DNA of 64,000 nt from Camelus ferus (Eukaryota). The stretch is from contig NC_045697.1 of NCBI RefSeq assembly GCF_009834535.1, positions 37,512,001 to 37,576,000 of the forward strand, read 5' to 3'. The translations under genes were made by a program, and so were the position numbers. The notes under the pieces were generated by a model. The model was not told the origin of the DNA. It saw only the letters and a program-made list of their open reading frames with translations, and did no database searches. This document shows positions 37,440-50,649 of the stretch, in pieces. Positions within the stretch are counted from its first letter, which is position 1. Each line of letters opens with the position of its first letter.

Positions 37440-38960
37440 AATCCATTCGAATTCAATTCAATTCAACAAGTATTTATTGAGCTGTGGTCCTGACGCAATG
37501 GCAGGCACAAGGGAACAGAGAGCACTAAAGTTCCTGATCCTCTTGGGAGAGAATGACTGTCCAAGAAGCAATGGAAACATTCTCTCTGGAGGAGTCAGGA
37601 AGAGCTTTTCAGAAGGAAGAATTCAGCAGGATGACTGGCAGAGAGGGAGAGAGAAAGGGGAGAGCAAGAGAAAGAGAGGGGCAGAACAGGGTAGACGCAA
37701 GCAACAGCATGAACAAAGACATTGTCAGAATGTCTTAATGGGGCCGGAATGCAGAGTTTGAGGGTAGATAGCATGAGAAAGTGGATAAATAGGCAAGGAC
37801 CCGCGTGCCATGCTAAGGAGCTTGGGCTCACAGGCAGGAGAACATGGCAATTTTTCTGGGTTATAATACCTTTCTGGAATCTCTCCCCCTGAATGCCTTT
37901 ATTACTCTGTTTTGTCTACAGAGTTCCTCTGTAGCCCTTTTCCAATTAGCAAATCAGCTGAGCTTAAATGATCACATCGACTCGTCATCACCTTGATCAG
38001 AACACTTCCCAGGGAAGTTTGTGTGGGTTAGGACTGATTGCTGAGTGGAAAATGTGCTAAGGGTCTCATCACCAGATGAGAATGAGGGGGAGTTAGAGTG
38101 TATTTTAAACTACAAATGATGGTTAAAAAATAAAAGTATGGTTTAAAAAATTGGAAATTCACTCCAAACGGTATACCTGGGTCTATAATCCAAAAGGTAT
38201 CTGGTTTAAACAAAACATAAATGAATACTCAGGGATATGACCATCACCCTGTTTATAAATAAAGACTGGTATCCTATTTGTTTCCTTCTATACTTTCAAT
38301 TTATTTTTTCTCCTTTTTCACTCATTCATTTAGCAAACATTTATTAAGTGAACAGGGTCTCAGAACACAAGGATGAGTAAGACATAGTTCTTGTACTTCA
38401 AGAGCACAAAATTGAGTAGATAGAATTGTAAGCAGATAAATAATGAAACAAATCTACAGTGATATAGAAGAGCTAAGGATAAGGCATGAACCACAGGGAG
38501 TGCCTAGAGAATTAGGAATGACTCTATAGCAAAGGAGACATTTGAGCTGGGCTTTGAAGTTTAAATAGGAGTTTCACAGTTAAAAGGAGGAGGAGGGCCA
38601 TTTCTACTTTCTACATCCTCATGTCTGGAAACAAACATTCAAGGAGATCTGACCCATTCAGATGTCAAGGGAGGCTTCTCAGAGGCAGCTTCCCTTGGAC
38701 TGAGATGTGGGTGAACAGAAGTTGATGAGAAGGAAGAATTCTGGGCAGGAGAAGCCAATGCAGAGGCCCTGTGGAGGGAAAAGTATGACAGGCAAAGAGG
38801 GGTTGAAATGGAACTCAGTTCAGGTGGACAGTGGTGAGAGATGAGAACGGGGAAATATTTAGAGATTCAAGACAATATACGGATAGACCATGTTAAAGAG
38901 GTTTTTCTTTTTTCTTCTTTTTCCTAAAAGAAATGAGAAGTGATTAAAATGTTTACTTAG
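37440..38960 (-). mobile_element. L2 3' fragments (two pieces, ~37440-37830 and ~38320-38960)
   Basis: 'attcaacaagtatttattgagc', 'cattcatttagcaaacatttattaagtg', 'gacatttgagctgggctttgaag'. Confidence 0.65.
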
Positions 38961-41900
38961 ATGGACCATGTGACCATCTTAACTGCTAGCAATCTGCAGC
39001 TCTTAGACTAAAGAACTGCCATTTCCCCCCAGGAACCTGGGATTATGAGTTCCTGTTGCAACCATTCCAAAGCCAAGTTGTAGGCTCACTGGGCATACTC
39101 ACTACACACCTTAGGTATCAGAATATCCTGCCATCTCCAGTAGCCGCATAATACTTCTTCTCCATAAAGGCAGGCACACTGGCAAACTTTAGTAATTGTC
39201 AGGTCTCGTTGTAGACAGCCAGTGCCCTTTAGACTTGCACAGGGAGCCCTTTCCACTCCGGAAGCCACCCTGTCGGCCTCTGAATGGCATCCTACGTAAC
39301 CAAGTGTTAGACAAAGCACCGGCAAAAGACCCAAATAATAGCAGGAGGCAATGATATCTACACAGAATACAATCTCCGAAATGCAGGATCTGGAGCCCCG
39401 CAGATACCACTGCGTTGATGGCTGCATTTTATTCATGCCCTACTGAATACGTCATTTCCCACAGTTAGGCTGTCGGGCTGTGACCTGAATTTCCAAGCAC
39501 ATTGCTGAGACTGTCAGCCGTTAGCTTGGAGCAAGGCGAGAATTTGAGTGTGCAAAGCAGGGCTTGCATATTCAGTGTTTTACGTAAGGAAGAGGCCTTG
39601 GGTTTTGGCCCAGCTGAGAAGGAGTTGCCTCTCTTTTTTCATTAGTATTGCCTTCCTCATAAGAAAACGTTGACACAAACACACACATACACAAACAGTA
39701 CACCCAAAGAAATTCTTAAAGACTTTCCAGTGAGGACCCCTGAAGTTGCAAAGCTCTCAGAAGCACGTTTTATTTGAAAAGGTAAAGAGCTAAGCTAGAA
39801 GGGGAAAGGGAAAAAGGAAAAGGCTGAGAAATACTACAGCAAACACACCATGATTCTTCGGGAACCTCAGACTTTTCTCTAGGGAAACAAAGACCCAAGG
39901 TCAAATGGACAAGCATGGGAAAAAAAATGAAATCTAGCTCTGCTTTAAATTGCAAGCAGCCCTTTCAGGAATGCTTTGCTGTACTTTTCATAAGAGATGG
40001 GGGCAACTAGGTTCTTTTCCAGAAACCTGCCTACGATATGGGAGTGGATTTTTGAAAGTAAACAAAATCTGTTTTATCTTCAGACTTGAAAAGGCTGGAA
40101 GTCCTGTATTCCCACTCTCTTCAGACTCAGACTGCTCACCTGGCCTTTGCTTTGCCCTGTGGCAAACAAGCCTCTTGAAGACCAAGGCTAGCTTGTGACC
40201 CCAAGAAGTGAGCGTGTAAACAGCTTAAACGCAGCAAGCGGCTAAGTGTTTTTGAAAGAACTCAGTCTTGTCATCCAATCAAAAGACAAGCAGAATTTTC
40301 TAGAACAGGACTGAGAGTGGTGACTGACTATATGATTCCTTCCTCTACCACCCACCCCAATCAGAAGGCCCACCTTCTCTTCACTGTCTCCATTCTAAGC
40401 ATCCTTATACCCTATCTCATTCTCCTTACTCTTGTCAGTATATTTCCTTAGATGCTTTTGCCTAGCAATAGCATTTGGGGATTAAGAATATACCCTCTCA
40501 AAGCAGCAGCAGGAACATGGCTTGTTAGAAGTTATAAGTTCTAGAATTCTAGTTATACTTCTATTGAGCATCTTGCTATATACATATAGACTGTCTTTTT
40601 TTGTTGTTGGTTTGGCCCCACGATGGGCATATGATGTGCCCTCTCGCATCCTGTTCTTTGGAGAGTGAGTTCCCCCTATCCCAGATATGCTTAGTCTGTA
40701 TGGTTTGGGCGGAGTTTCCCTCCCCTCGCCCCTCCCCCCGGGAAGGGCCTGGTCAATCCCAGCACATATTCTAAAATCCTTTGCAGTGATTGGCTCAGGG
40801 ATGAGCACGTGGCAGCTGCTGCTATTTGGAGATTCTTGATTCTCTGATTGCAGCTTTCTGTGCCCTGTTGCGATAAAATTCAGTTAATATAGTAATTAGT
40901 GTTCTCTTTTGTTCACAAACAAAATTACGATTGGAAATGGATGTGCATAAAGAAATACCTTCTCGTTTTCAGTGACTGATTTAGGAAGATTGTTGCTTCT
41001 AAGTGGAAACTTGACTCAGGTAAGTCTTCTTGGAATGCCACAAAGATTTTAAAGACAGGACTGATGTAAGTTGCTTTAATACAAAAAAAGCCTTCTACCC
41101 TCCCATACAAGTTACACATTATTTGACCTAATGAAACTCACACACACACACTATTTGTTTGCATTTATTTGTTTTCCTCAAAAAGACTTTTATTGCTGAG
41201 AAAGTTATCCTGAAAACATCCCTCTCTTTGGAGTATAGAAGCAATCCCCCTTGGGTTATGGAAAACTGTATAAGGGTCCGTTATTTATCAGCAAATCCAC
41301 AATGTTGCCATACAAGCAACATTTGTGATTTTCTCTCCACTTTCAAGTTAAAAGAAAAATTGCAACAGTATACTTATTTTCAATAGCCCTTTCACATTCG
41401 TTGCTTACTGGACATGATGGGGTTAATAGTCTTTGGGGAAATGCCTCAGAAATTAGGTAGAAATCAGTAATGTGACCATAGGTGAAAATGACTGGGCATG
41501 GTTGCTATCGCCATTTTTGATGGCAAGCAAAATAGGCACTATTTTTATTTAGAGCAAAGTTTTATTCCAGTTCATGCATTTAACTGAAGAAATCATAAGG
41601 AGAGGATTATCTGTACTTAAATAGTGGGTTTGCCCTCTGGAAAGCTTGGGATCAGAAGGTTTTAAAACTGGTTAACAGGTCTGGAGCAGTATTGGTATCC
41701 TCAGTTTGGTTTCCATTTCCTTGAAAGACACTTATTGTCATGAAAAAAGGGAAGAAATTGTGTTGATGCCCCCGTGTGCAGAATAACAAAGACAGAGGTT
41801 GCATTGGGCAGAAGCTACACGCGTGAAGCCTGTTCCAGTTCTGAGAGTCTATGTATCTACGTAGTTTCTTTCTACATACATGGCAAACAACCTTGATTAT

Positions 41901-42016
41901 AATTTGCCTTCCCACACAGCTTGCCTTTAGGGAAAAGCTGTGCTGGTCAGAGGGCATGAGTGCTGGTCTTCTTTGCAGCTAGTGTATAACATACTTGTTA
42001 AGAGTACAGGCCCTGC

Positions 42017-42100
42017 GGGGAGGGTAGAGCTCAGTGGTACAGTGTGTGCTTAGCACGCATGAGGTCCTGGGTTCAATCCCCAGTACCCCCATTTAAAAAA
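42017..42100 (+). mobile_element. tRNA-derived SINE head (Vic-1-like)
   Basis: GGGGAGGGTAGAGCTCAGTGGTAC...GAGGTCCTGGGTTCAATCCCCAGTACC with Pol III A and B boxes. Confidence 0.92.
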
Positions 42101-42570
42101 TCATTTCTTTATCCTTGACTCTGGCCATCTTGATTATGATATGTCTTGGTTTGGGTCTATTTGGGTTCTTCCTGTTTGGGACCCTCTGAGCTTCCTGTAC
42201 TTGGATAGCTGATTCCTTCTTTAAGTTTGGGAAGTTTTCAGTCATGATTTCTTCAAAAACTTTTCAATCCCCTTTGATCTTTCTTCCCCTTCTGGGACCC
42301 CTATTATGCAAAGATTGGCATGCTTTATATTATCCCATAGGTCCCTTATGCTATTTTCATTTGTTTTTATTTGTTTATCTTATAGCTGTTCTGATCGGGT
42401 GCTTTCTATTGTCCTGCCTTCTAGGTCACTAATTCGTTCCTCTGCATTATCAAGTCTGCTTTGCACAGCCTTTAGATCCGTTCTCATCTCAGCCAATGAG
42501 TTTACCAATTCTACTTCACTCTTCTTTATAGCTTCAATTTCATTTTTGACATATTTTATATCTCTAAACA
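42101..42570 (-). mobile_element. L1 ORF1 fragment (coiled coil to RRM), antisense, fused to the SINE head
   Basis: Translation KNEIEAIKKSEVELVNSLAEMRTDLKAVQSRLDNAEERISDLEGRTIE is L1 ORF1p coiled coil. Confidence 0.9.
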
Positions 42571-44019
42571 TATACACACACACAAAATCAAACAAACATG
42601 TAAATAAATAAATAAGTAAAAACTTAAGCAATGTCTATTTCCAAGCCTCTGGTTTTTTTGTTTCATTTGTTTTCTTTTGTTTGTTTTTTTAATCAATAAA
42701 ATGAGGACAATAATGAACATCTTCCTCATCAGATGTAATGATGAGTGAGAGACAGAATGCATGTAAAGTGTTTAGAACAAACCTTGGAATAAAATTCATT
42801 TACTCATGTTATTTCTACTATTACAAATAAAGCAGAAGGCATTCTGGTTTAAATATTTCCTTTTAAAAATAAATTTTTTTCAGGAAAAATCTTGAACAAA
42901 CACAAAAGCAGAGAGTTGTATAAAGAAGCCTCATGTAGCAATTACCCATCTAAAATAAGTCATCAACTAACAATGGCCACTTTTGTTTCACTTATGTCCC
43001 CACTCACACCCCTTCCCTGCCACCCACCATCCCCAGCAAATGCCAAGCATAAATAACTTCATTTGAGACGTATACACTTCTTGATTAGAGATCCCGCTTC
43101 TAAAAGGCCAGCCTACTCTAGCTGTGGTATCAAGTAAGACCTTGGATCATTGTGGTGAATTTTCCTTGGTTGACCTCTAGAATATGTTCCAAAGAAAATT
43201 TTCCCACCGTGTGTTCATGAGTTTTATGCCAAAAGAACAGAGTTCTCTGGTCAAGCACATTCTCAAACTGCTGAGTTAAAGAATGCCGTCTTGCTTTATT
43301 CTGGGTGCTTTTCAGAATATTTAATAGGCTCTTTCACCAACAGTCTCAGAAGAAGAGATAGTATGAAGAGAATCTTAAACATATTTAATTGTGCAACTGC
43401 CTTTTCCAGAAGCATCTTAGGACACACTTTGACCATCAGAACAAATACCACTTTGGAAGGACTTATGTGAGCAGCCAGATGGTCTTCTCCAGGTCACAAA
43501 TATACATTTTCTTTGAATTTCTACAATTGCCATTTGGTCAATGCAGCTGGAAGTCAGAATCTTGAGTCCTGGGACCAGTGTGCCCATTATTAAAGGAGAA
43601 ATGCTATAGATTCTTTCCCTGTGTCAGCACACAAGGGAGAACCATTAAAATAGACTGAGAAGTGAGAGGAGAGTGAATGGAATTGAACTGAATGTGAGCC
43701 ACAATGTTGACTGTCTTCCAAAGCCTGAAATTCCTAAGCAGTAGTGGCTGCATAAGCAGGACCCTGTGAAATTGAGGCTCTATATTTTGACATAGTTGTT
43801 GGACTATTAGCATTAAATTGGAATTTGAGTTTAATGACACAAAGAAGGGGAAAAATAGGAAACCTAGGAGATCTTGGAAAACTATTGAGCCAACATTCTC
43901 TCTGAGGAATGCCACTGAGAACATGCATCACCTGTTGGGGTGTGGAATGACTCTGCTGTCACTTGTTGTCTGGGAATCTTGCTGTTCCACTGATACTGAG
44001 ATGGAGTCCTTGGGAGGAA

Positions 44020-44440
44020 GTGTGGTAGACACCGCTGGAGTTCACTCATGTCCAGTTCTCCTCTCCTTCTGGGAACTTGGGAGCTTGTGCTTCTCAACCC
44101 TCTTGCAGTTGAATAGAGACTTTTGGCTAATTCTGGCCAGAACAACATGAGCAGAAGTGACATTAGTCCCTGTAGGCTGAGTTACTGAGAGCCCCTGGCA
44201 TGATTCTCCAGGTTTTCATATCCTTATCACAGTGACCAGGGAGTCGTCTGCATATTTCAGATGATACAGATTCAAGATGGAGAAGCATCTGTCAACCCAG
44301 GGTCCCTGAGTAACTGTGGAGCAGAGCCCCTCAGTGACCCAAGATGGACATGTAGAGTGAACAATAAACCTGTGTTGTGTTAAGCCATTGGGATTTGGGG
44401 GTGAATTTGTTACCAAAGCATAACCGATACTTCCTGACTG
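44020..44440 (+). mobile_element. Old MaLR LTR (MLT1J-like)
   Basis: 'ccagggtccctgagtaactgtggagcagagcccc...aataaacctgtgttgtgttaagccattgggatttgggg...ttgttaccaaagcataacc'. Confidence 0.82.
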
Positions 44441-44769
44441 ATGCAAGAGGCATCTCTTTTCACTGTTACCCTCACTTGTCTTCTCCACACTCAAACTATC
44501 TAGCACCAGCACAGGTTCTATTGTAAATGGCATCTAACAACAAATCATAACAGAACAAATATATGGATACTTTCAACTAGCACCTGGGCTCTAGTGATGA
44601 TAATAATAATTTTTAAAAATGAAAAACTTATTAGATTAGGATAGATTTCTGAGCCTCTTCTCTCCATAGCTGTTAAGAAGTCAACTCATCTGAGTTCACT
44701 GACATCCCTCTTTATCCATCATACCAAATGGAATGAAGCAAGAACACATGACGCCTCCAATACCTACCA

Positions 44770-45030
44770 AGTAATAGATGCTAAGAGCCAATATTTACCA
44801 AGTAATTACAGTACACCAGGCATCTTTTCAAGCACTTTACATATGCTATTATCTCATTATTCCTCTTAAAAACCCAGACATTGTTACTAACATTTTTCAT
44901 CCCGATTTTATAGAACCTAACCTTACAGAGAAAACATAGGCAGTTTGAGCATCTTGCCTAAAGTCACACGTAGGAAGCAGTAGAGCTGGAATAAAATGCA
45001 AGGGAGCCTACACTCTAACCACGATATTTT
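44770..45030 (-). mobile_element. MIR SINE
   Basis: 'agcactttacatatgctattatctcatt' and 'cttgcctaaagtcacacgtagg...agagctgg'. Confidence 0.7.
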
Positions 45031-45061
45031 ATGGCCCACACAATTACTTTAAATTTTTTTC

Positions 45062-46020
45062 TTTTTACTGTCTTTATTTTTTTAGGACATTTTAAGGTTC
45101 ATGGCAAAATGGAAGCAAAGGAACAGGAATTTTCCATATACAGTCCTGCTGCCACACACGCATAGGCTCCCATTATTGACACCTCCCACCAGAGTGTACG
45201 TTTGTTACAGCTGATGAACCTACGTTGACACATCATAATCACCCAAAGTCCATAGTTCACGTTACAGTTCACTTTTGCTGTTGTACAGTTGACTTTTGTA
45301 TATTAATGTTGTATTCTACAACCTTGCTATAATCACTTATTAGTTCAAGGAGTGTTTTTGTTTATTCTTTTGGATTTTCTGTGTAGAGAATCATGTCATC
45401 TGTGAACAAAGACAGTTTTATTTCTTCCTTCTCAGTCTGTGTGCCTTTTATATCCTTTTTCTTGTCCTTTTGCATTAGCTAGGACTTTCAGTATGATGTT
45501 GAAAGGAGTGGAGAGAGGGACATCCTTGCCTTGTACTTGACCTTAGTGGGAAAACTATGAGTTTCTCACCATTAAGTATGCCATTAGCTATGGATTTGGG
45601 TAGATATTCTTTATCAAGTTGAGGAAAGTTCCCCTTTATTCCTAATTTACTGATAGTTTTGTTGTTGTTGTTGTTTTGAACAGGTGTTAGATTCTAGGAA
45701 AATGCTTTTTCTGCATCTATTGATATGATCATGTGATTTTCCTTTTTAGTCTGCTGATGTAATGGATTGCATTAATTGATTTTCAAATGTTGAACCAGCC
45801 TTGCATATCTAGGAAAAATTCCACTTGGTTGTGGTGTATAATACTTTTTACACATTATTGGATTAAGTTTGATAATATTTTGTTTGGGATTTTTTTACAT
45901 CTGTGTTCATGAGAGATATTGGTCTGTGGTTTTCTTGTAATGTCTTTTTCTGGTATTTGGCATTAGGGTGATGTTGGCTTCATAGAATGAGTTGGGAAGA
46001 ATTCCCTCTGCTTCCATCCT
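45062..46020 (-). mobile_element. Old L1 (L1MC-like): 3' end joined directly to ORF2 RT region
   Basis: 3' UTR like 13640-13870, then RT-region sequence 'tctgcatctattgatatgatcatgtgatttt...ttgaaccagccttgcat'. Confidence 0.85.
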
Positions 46021-46252
46021 TGATGGTCTGTAATTTCCACCCACCCCCACCATGACCTCGTTCCTTTTGTCTCTCAAGCCTTTTCTAAATTTTTCACAGG
46101 AAAGAATCCTTTCCCATAGTTAACCCCAGATGCTGCACTTTGACCTTCACAGGCAAGAAGTCTCTCTGATCCATCTCTGTGTAATCATCACCTAGTACAA
46201 AGCACGGCTCATGTAAGTGCTCAAGGCAGGTTTTCTGAACAATTAATTTCAT

Positions 46253-46499
46253 CAGGAATCAGCGAAGCTTTTTCTGTAAAGAGTCAGACAGTAAACACTT
46301 TTGGCTTTTCAGACAAAGTCTCTGTTGCAACTTCTCAGCTCTGCCATTGTAGCATGGAAGCAGCCATTCTCTCTCTCTCTCCCTCCCTCTCTCTCTCTCT
46401 CACACACCCATAAGCATGGCTGTGTTCCAATAAAACTTTATTTACAAAAACAAGTACAGGTTTGGATTTAGCCTGAGGGTCATGGTTTGCTGACTCCTG
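46253..46499. mobile_element. MER58A-like hAT MITE with internal (CT)n
   Basis: Termini caggaatcagc / gctgactcctg; 'ggctgtgttccaataaaactttatttacaaaaaca'. Confidence 0.85.
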
Positions 46500-48498
46500 A
46501 ATTAAATGAATGATTGGATGAATATGCAGATTGCCTTGGAACCACTTGGTTTTGACTCTAAACCTTCTTTTCTAGGAAGGCAGACTTCCCTGGTCCCTCT
46601 GCACACAAATTCTTCCTAACTTCCAAAATTAAGGCCCAGGCCAAATGGAGCTCTAAGTGGATGGAGGACAAGATCTGTTATTTTCTTTTCTCATTCAACA
46701 GCTCGAATGGAATCATTTAGATGCAGTGTTACTAGAAAAGATAATAATGGCAGCTCTCATAAGTCATTAAAGCTGAAATTTACTATCATGTATATTAAAA
46801 ACAAGAAGAAAAAAAAAAACTTCCTGATGCTCAAGACTGTGCTGCATTGAAGCAGATATCTCAGGATTTCACAGTGGTACAGGTTCCCATGGGAAATGAA
46901 CACAAAAGACAGTAGAAGGAAAAGGTGAGTTCATGCGTGGTTAAGGTACATGTGCCACAGTCATGATTAAGGCTTCTCTGAGGTCCCTGGGAGTGGAAGT
47001 GACTGATGAACTGAGACACTGGAAAAGTTGGGCATTCAAAAGAAGGTTCAAATACTAAGTTTGACCCTTACTAGCAGTAGGACTTCTCAAATTTGTTAAC
47101 TCCTCAGTGCCTCAGTTTTAATGTCTATAAGATGCACGTAATAAAATCCACATTCCAGGGTTGTTTTAGGGATAACAAGAAATACATATTTAAAGTCCTG
47201 AGGATGGTGCAGGAAATATCACCGATCATTATTTGAGCCGGGAGCTTTCACGTCTGGTCTCATGTGCCCCCTCATATCTCTTATTACTGCTCGACACCAC
47301 TTTATACATTTATTTATTTATTTGTTATTGCCTGTCTCCTTTCCCCACTAAAGTGTAAGATCCATGAGGGCAGGGACCAGCCCCCTTTCTGAACAAAGAC
47401 AGAATGGACTTCAGGCTCTGAGCCTTTGACAGGCAACACCTTCCAGCTAGAATTTAATGACATTTGGTTTTCATTTACATTTATTTCTTTCTGTATTCTT
47501 TCATTTAGAAAAGTGATACTGAGTTTCTATTCATGGTTCTAATAAAAGTGCCCTTTTAAATTAAATGTATTTGATAAGTAAATCCAAATACACACATGAA
47601 TTTATTTAGGCTTATTTATTTGAAAGTTAGTTGATTTAAAGAAAAGTATTAGGTTAGTGGTAGTAAAGATGGCATGCTCGTATGACTATATACATAAATA
47701 TTTCTCAAATAGCTAAAGTTGAGGGCTTGCTGGAGCATAGGATCACTGAGGTTCTTTTCCAGGACCATCATGCTACGATCTGGTGCTTTTATAAGGAATG
47801 AACTTATCCTGAGTGCAGTGAGTCAGAAGTGCACTCTGGGAGGTACACTCCTGCTTTGGGAGACCAAGTTTTGGACAAGAAAAGTCAGCCCACGATTAGC
47901 TGCTGGGAATACCCTCCCTGCTCCAAAGGGAAAGACTCCAAGGTCTTATTTTCTTACTTTCCCTTTGTCTAATTTTGTTCTCCCAGCAAGTTTCTGGTTA
48001 GAAATTTTCAAGTCAGACAACAAACATCTTGGAGCCAGACACTATACAATAAAATAAAAAAATAAAAATAAAAATAAAAACAATAAAAGTGAGGCATGAA
48101 GAAGAAAGCAAATGGCCATGGGAAGCAAGTCAGTCAAGATTTCTTCACTTTACAAGGATCAAATCCCAGGCATGGGGACATCACGGGGCAGGATTGTGTT
48201 CCAACTCATGAGCACCAAGAGTGTTTCTTCATGTCTCCTGCTTTTCCTGTTTCCCTTTCCCAAGCCATCCCCCCAACCCTTTTTTGTTGTTTAAAGAAAG
48301 AAATTTAATGCATACTCTGATGAAATCTTTGGGTCTTGTTCAATTCGTTTTCAATTACACCAGAGTAGGGCGGAGGGGGTGAGGGAAAGACAGATCAACT
48401 TCCTCGGCACTATATTGTTTTCAGTAAACTTCCTGAATCATGTTGGAAGCTGCCCTGATGACAAGATTTCACATGCTGAGAAGATGGTCTTCAACATC

Positions 48499-48652
48499 AA
48501 TGTTCTCAAACTTCAGTGACAATATACATCACTCGGGGATGTTCTGAATCAGCAGGTCTGGGGGGCCACAGTATGATCTGCATTCTAACTAGCTCCAGGG
48601 CTGCTGGGGATGCCAGTGGTGCTGGTCCAAGGGCCACACTGTGAGCACTAAG
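48499..48652. mobile_element. MER5A-like hAT MITE
   Basis: 'caatgttctcaaactt...ttctgaatcagcaggtctggg...tgctggtccaagggccacactgtgag'. Confidence 0.75.
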
Positions 48653-50099
48653 GCTATATCATCACTGTCACCATATGACACGGCATTTACAACACTACCT
48701 GCACTGTGCTCTGACCCAGATGCTGAATCGACATTCATTTTCAAACCGGAAACATCCTCCTAGGTCCTGGGAAGAAACGGGAAGATGAATACAATTTGAT
48801 TTCTTCCTCAAGAAGCTTCCTGACCATGTCTAAGATCAAAGCCAAAGACATAAAATAGTACTATAATTATTATAGGCAAAAGTCTCTGTAACAAGGGCAT
48901 GAAATATATACCAAATCCACAGTAATCGACTTAAAATATAGATATTAAATCCCCTCTCTCTCTCCCTCTCTCATGTCCACCACTGTTAGAAGTTAAAGCT
49001 AGCTCTGTGTGGTGCTTAATACTGCTGATCTGGACTCTAGATGGGAGGTGGAGGAGAGGTAGCACATCATTTAGACAGAACTTGAAGGGCAAGAATGCAA
49101 AGCACTGAAAACATTTTTTACACTTAAATTACCCTCAAGAAGCTCTCCTCTGGAATCTGCAGAGGAGGTATTTCTTAAATTGCTGCTGAATTTGGTCACA
49201 TCTCGAATCCAGTCCTCAATCTTGATGGAACCCGTGCCCTTAGGCACACGCGTGGTGGAAACCTAATGTCAAGGCCCAATATTATGTGCTGCCTTAACAT
49301 GTGGAGCAAGAAGGAGGGCTTTGAACGGCCTGAGTGTAAGCCCAGCTCCCTACTCTTCTCCTGTAAATAAGGTTCCCCAGGCTGACAGACCTCCACATCA
49401 AGTGGACCAGGTGCAGACTCCACTTATCCTTGGGGAGCGGGTTTTGGTTCCCTTCTGGCTCACAGAATTATTCAAACAAGCCCATCACATCCTTCCATGG
49501 GGATCGGGGGTCCCCTCACTCTCCGAACACTACAAATCCTGCCTCGCAGCCCTGGCTGCGGCCTGTGATCCTGAGTGCAACCCTTGTGCACTCCTGCGGG
49601 TGTGGGTGTCCTCTCCCTGTGCTGTGAGTGTATGTGCATCACAACTCCTGCTGATCTCATCTGCCCAGTGTTGGTGCTTTGCCATCCTCACCACCCTAGG
49701 ACCAGAATCCCTCCCTCACCAATGAGGTGAATAGGAGGCACTTGAAACAATACACAGTTTGGCTTTGAGTGGGATTTCATGAGGATGCACATACTGAGTG
49801 ACATGCAGGTAGAATTTGCTGCATAAAACATAGATTTCAGGCAGCTCTGATCTTCCCTTCACTACCATCATTACCTCACTGGCAGTCAGGCTTCCGCTAA
49901 CTCCCAGATGCCTTGGTATTTAAAACTCTTTTGATTGGATGTTGGATTTCTATTTCAGTAATCCTTCCACTTATACTAATACTGTGCATTGTCTAACACA
50001 AAATTAGAAACATTTTAACCACTCATATATATTACGATTTATCCTGAAATCAATTTGGATTGTCTTAAACTCAATACCGTAATCATTACTCAAATGCAA

Positions 50100-50615
50100 A
50101 CACCATAGAAGAACGGTCATAGCAGCATTACTTGTAATAGTCCCAAACTGGAATGTCCATCAAGACCCAATGTCTCAGCTCAAATGCCCTTCAGTGGTAG
50201 GACAAATAAATAAAGCAAGGTATATTTATACAGTGGGACATCACTCAACAATGAAAATAAACAAACTACAGTCAATGCAACTACTTGGATGAATCTCACA
50301 AACATAATATTGAAGCAGACACTAAACACAATATTGAGGTCACACGCCAAGGAAAACACATGTATGATTACGTTACACAAAATTTCAAAAGAATCAAACT
50401 CATCTGTGTTATTAGAAGTTATAACAGTGACTAACTTTTGAGAAGAGGAAGGAGATAATAATTAGGGGGAAGAATGAGGGAGGGATTATGAAGGTACATT
50501 TAGTGTTCAATTTCTTGACCCTGGTCATGGGTTAACGGGTATATTTCCTTTGTAATAATTCATTGTTCTGCAGCGTCACTCTTTCCCTTTTCTGTATGTA
50601 TATCTCAATAAAAAG
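50100..50615 (+). mobile_element. Old L1 3' end (L1ME-like)
   Basis: 'catagcagcattacttgtaatagtcccaaactggaa...ggatgaatctcacaaacataatattga'. Confidence 0.8.
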
Positions 50616-50649
50616 ATGTTCTATATTATCAGTAAAAATCAATGTCTTC

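Noticed and set aside
42017..42090. tRNA gene
   Set aside because: tRNA-derived SINE head; the same family occurs at 31316 and 59258 with TSDs and A-rich tails.
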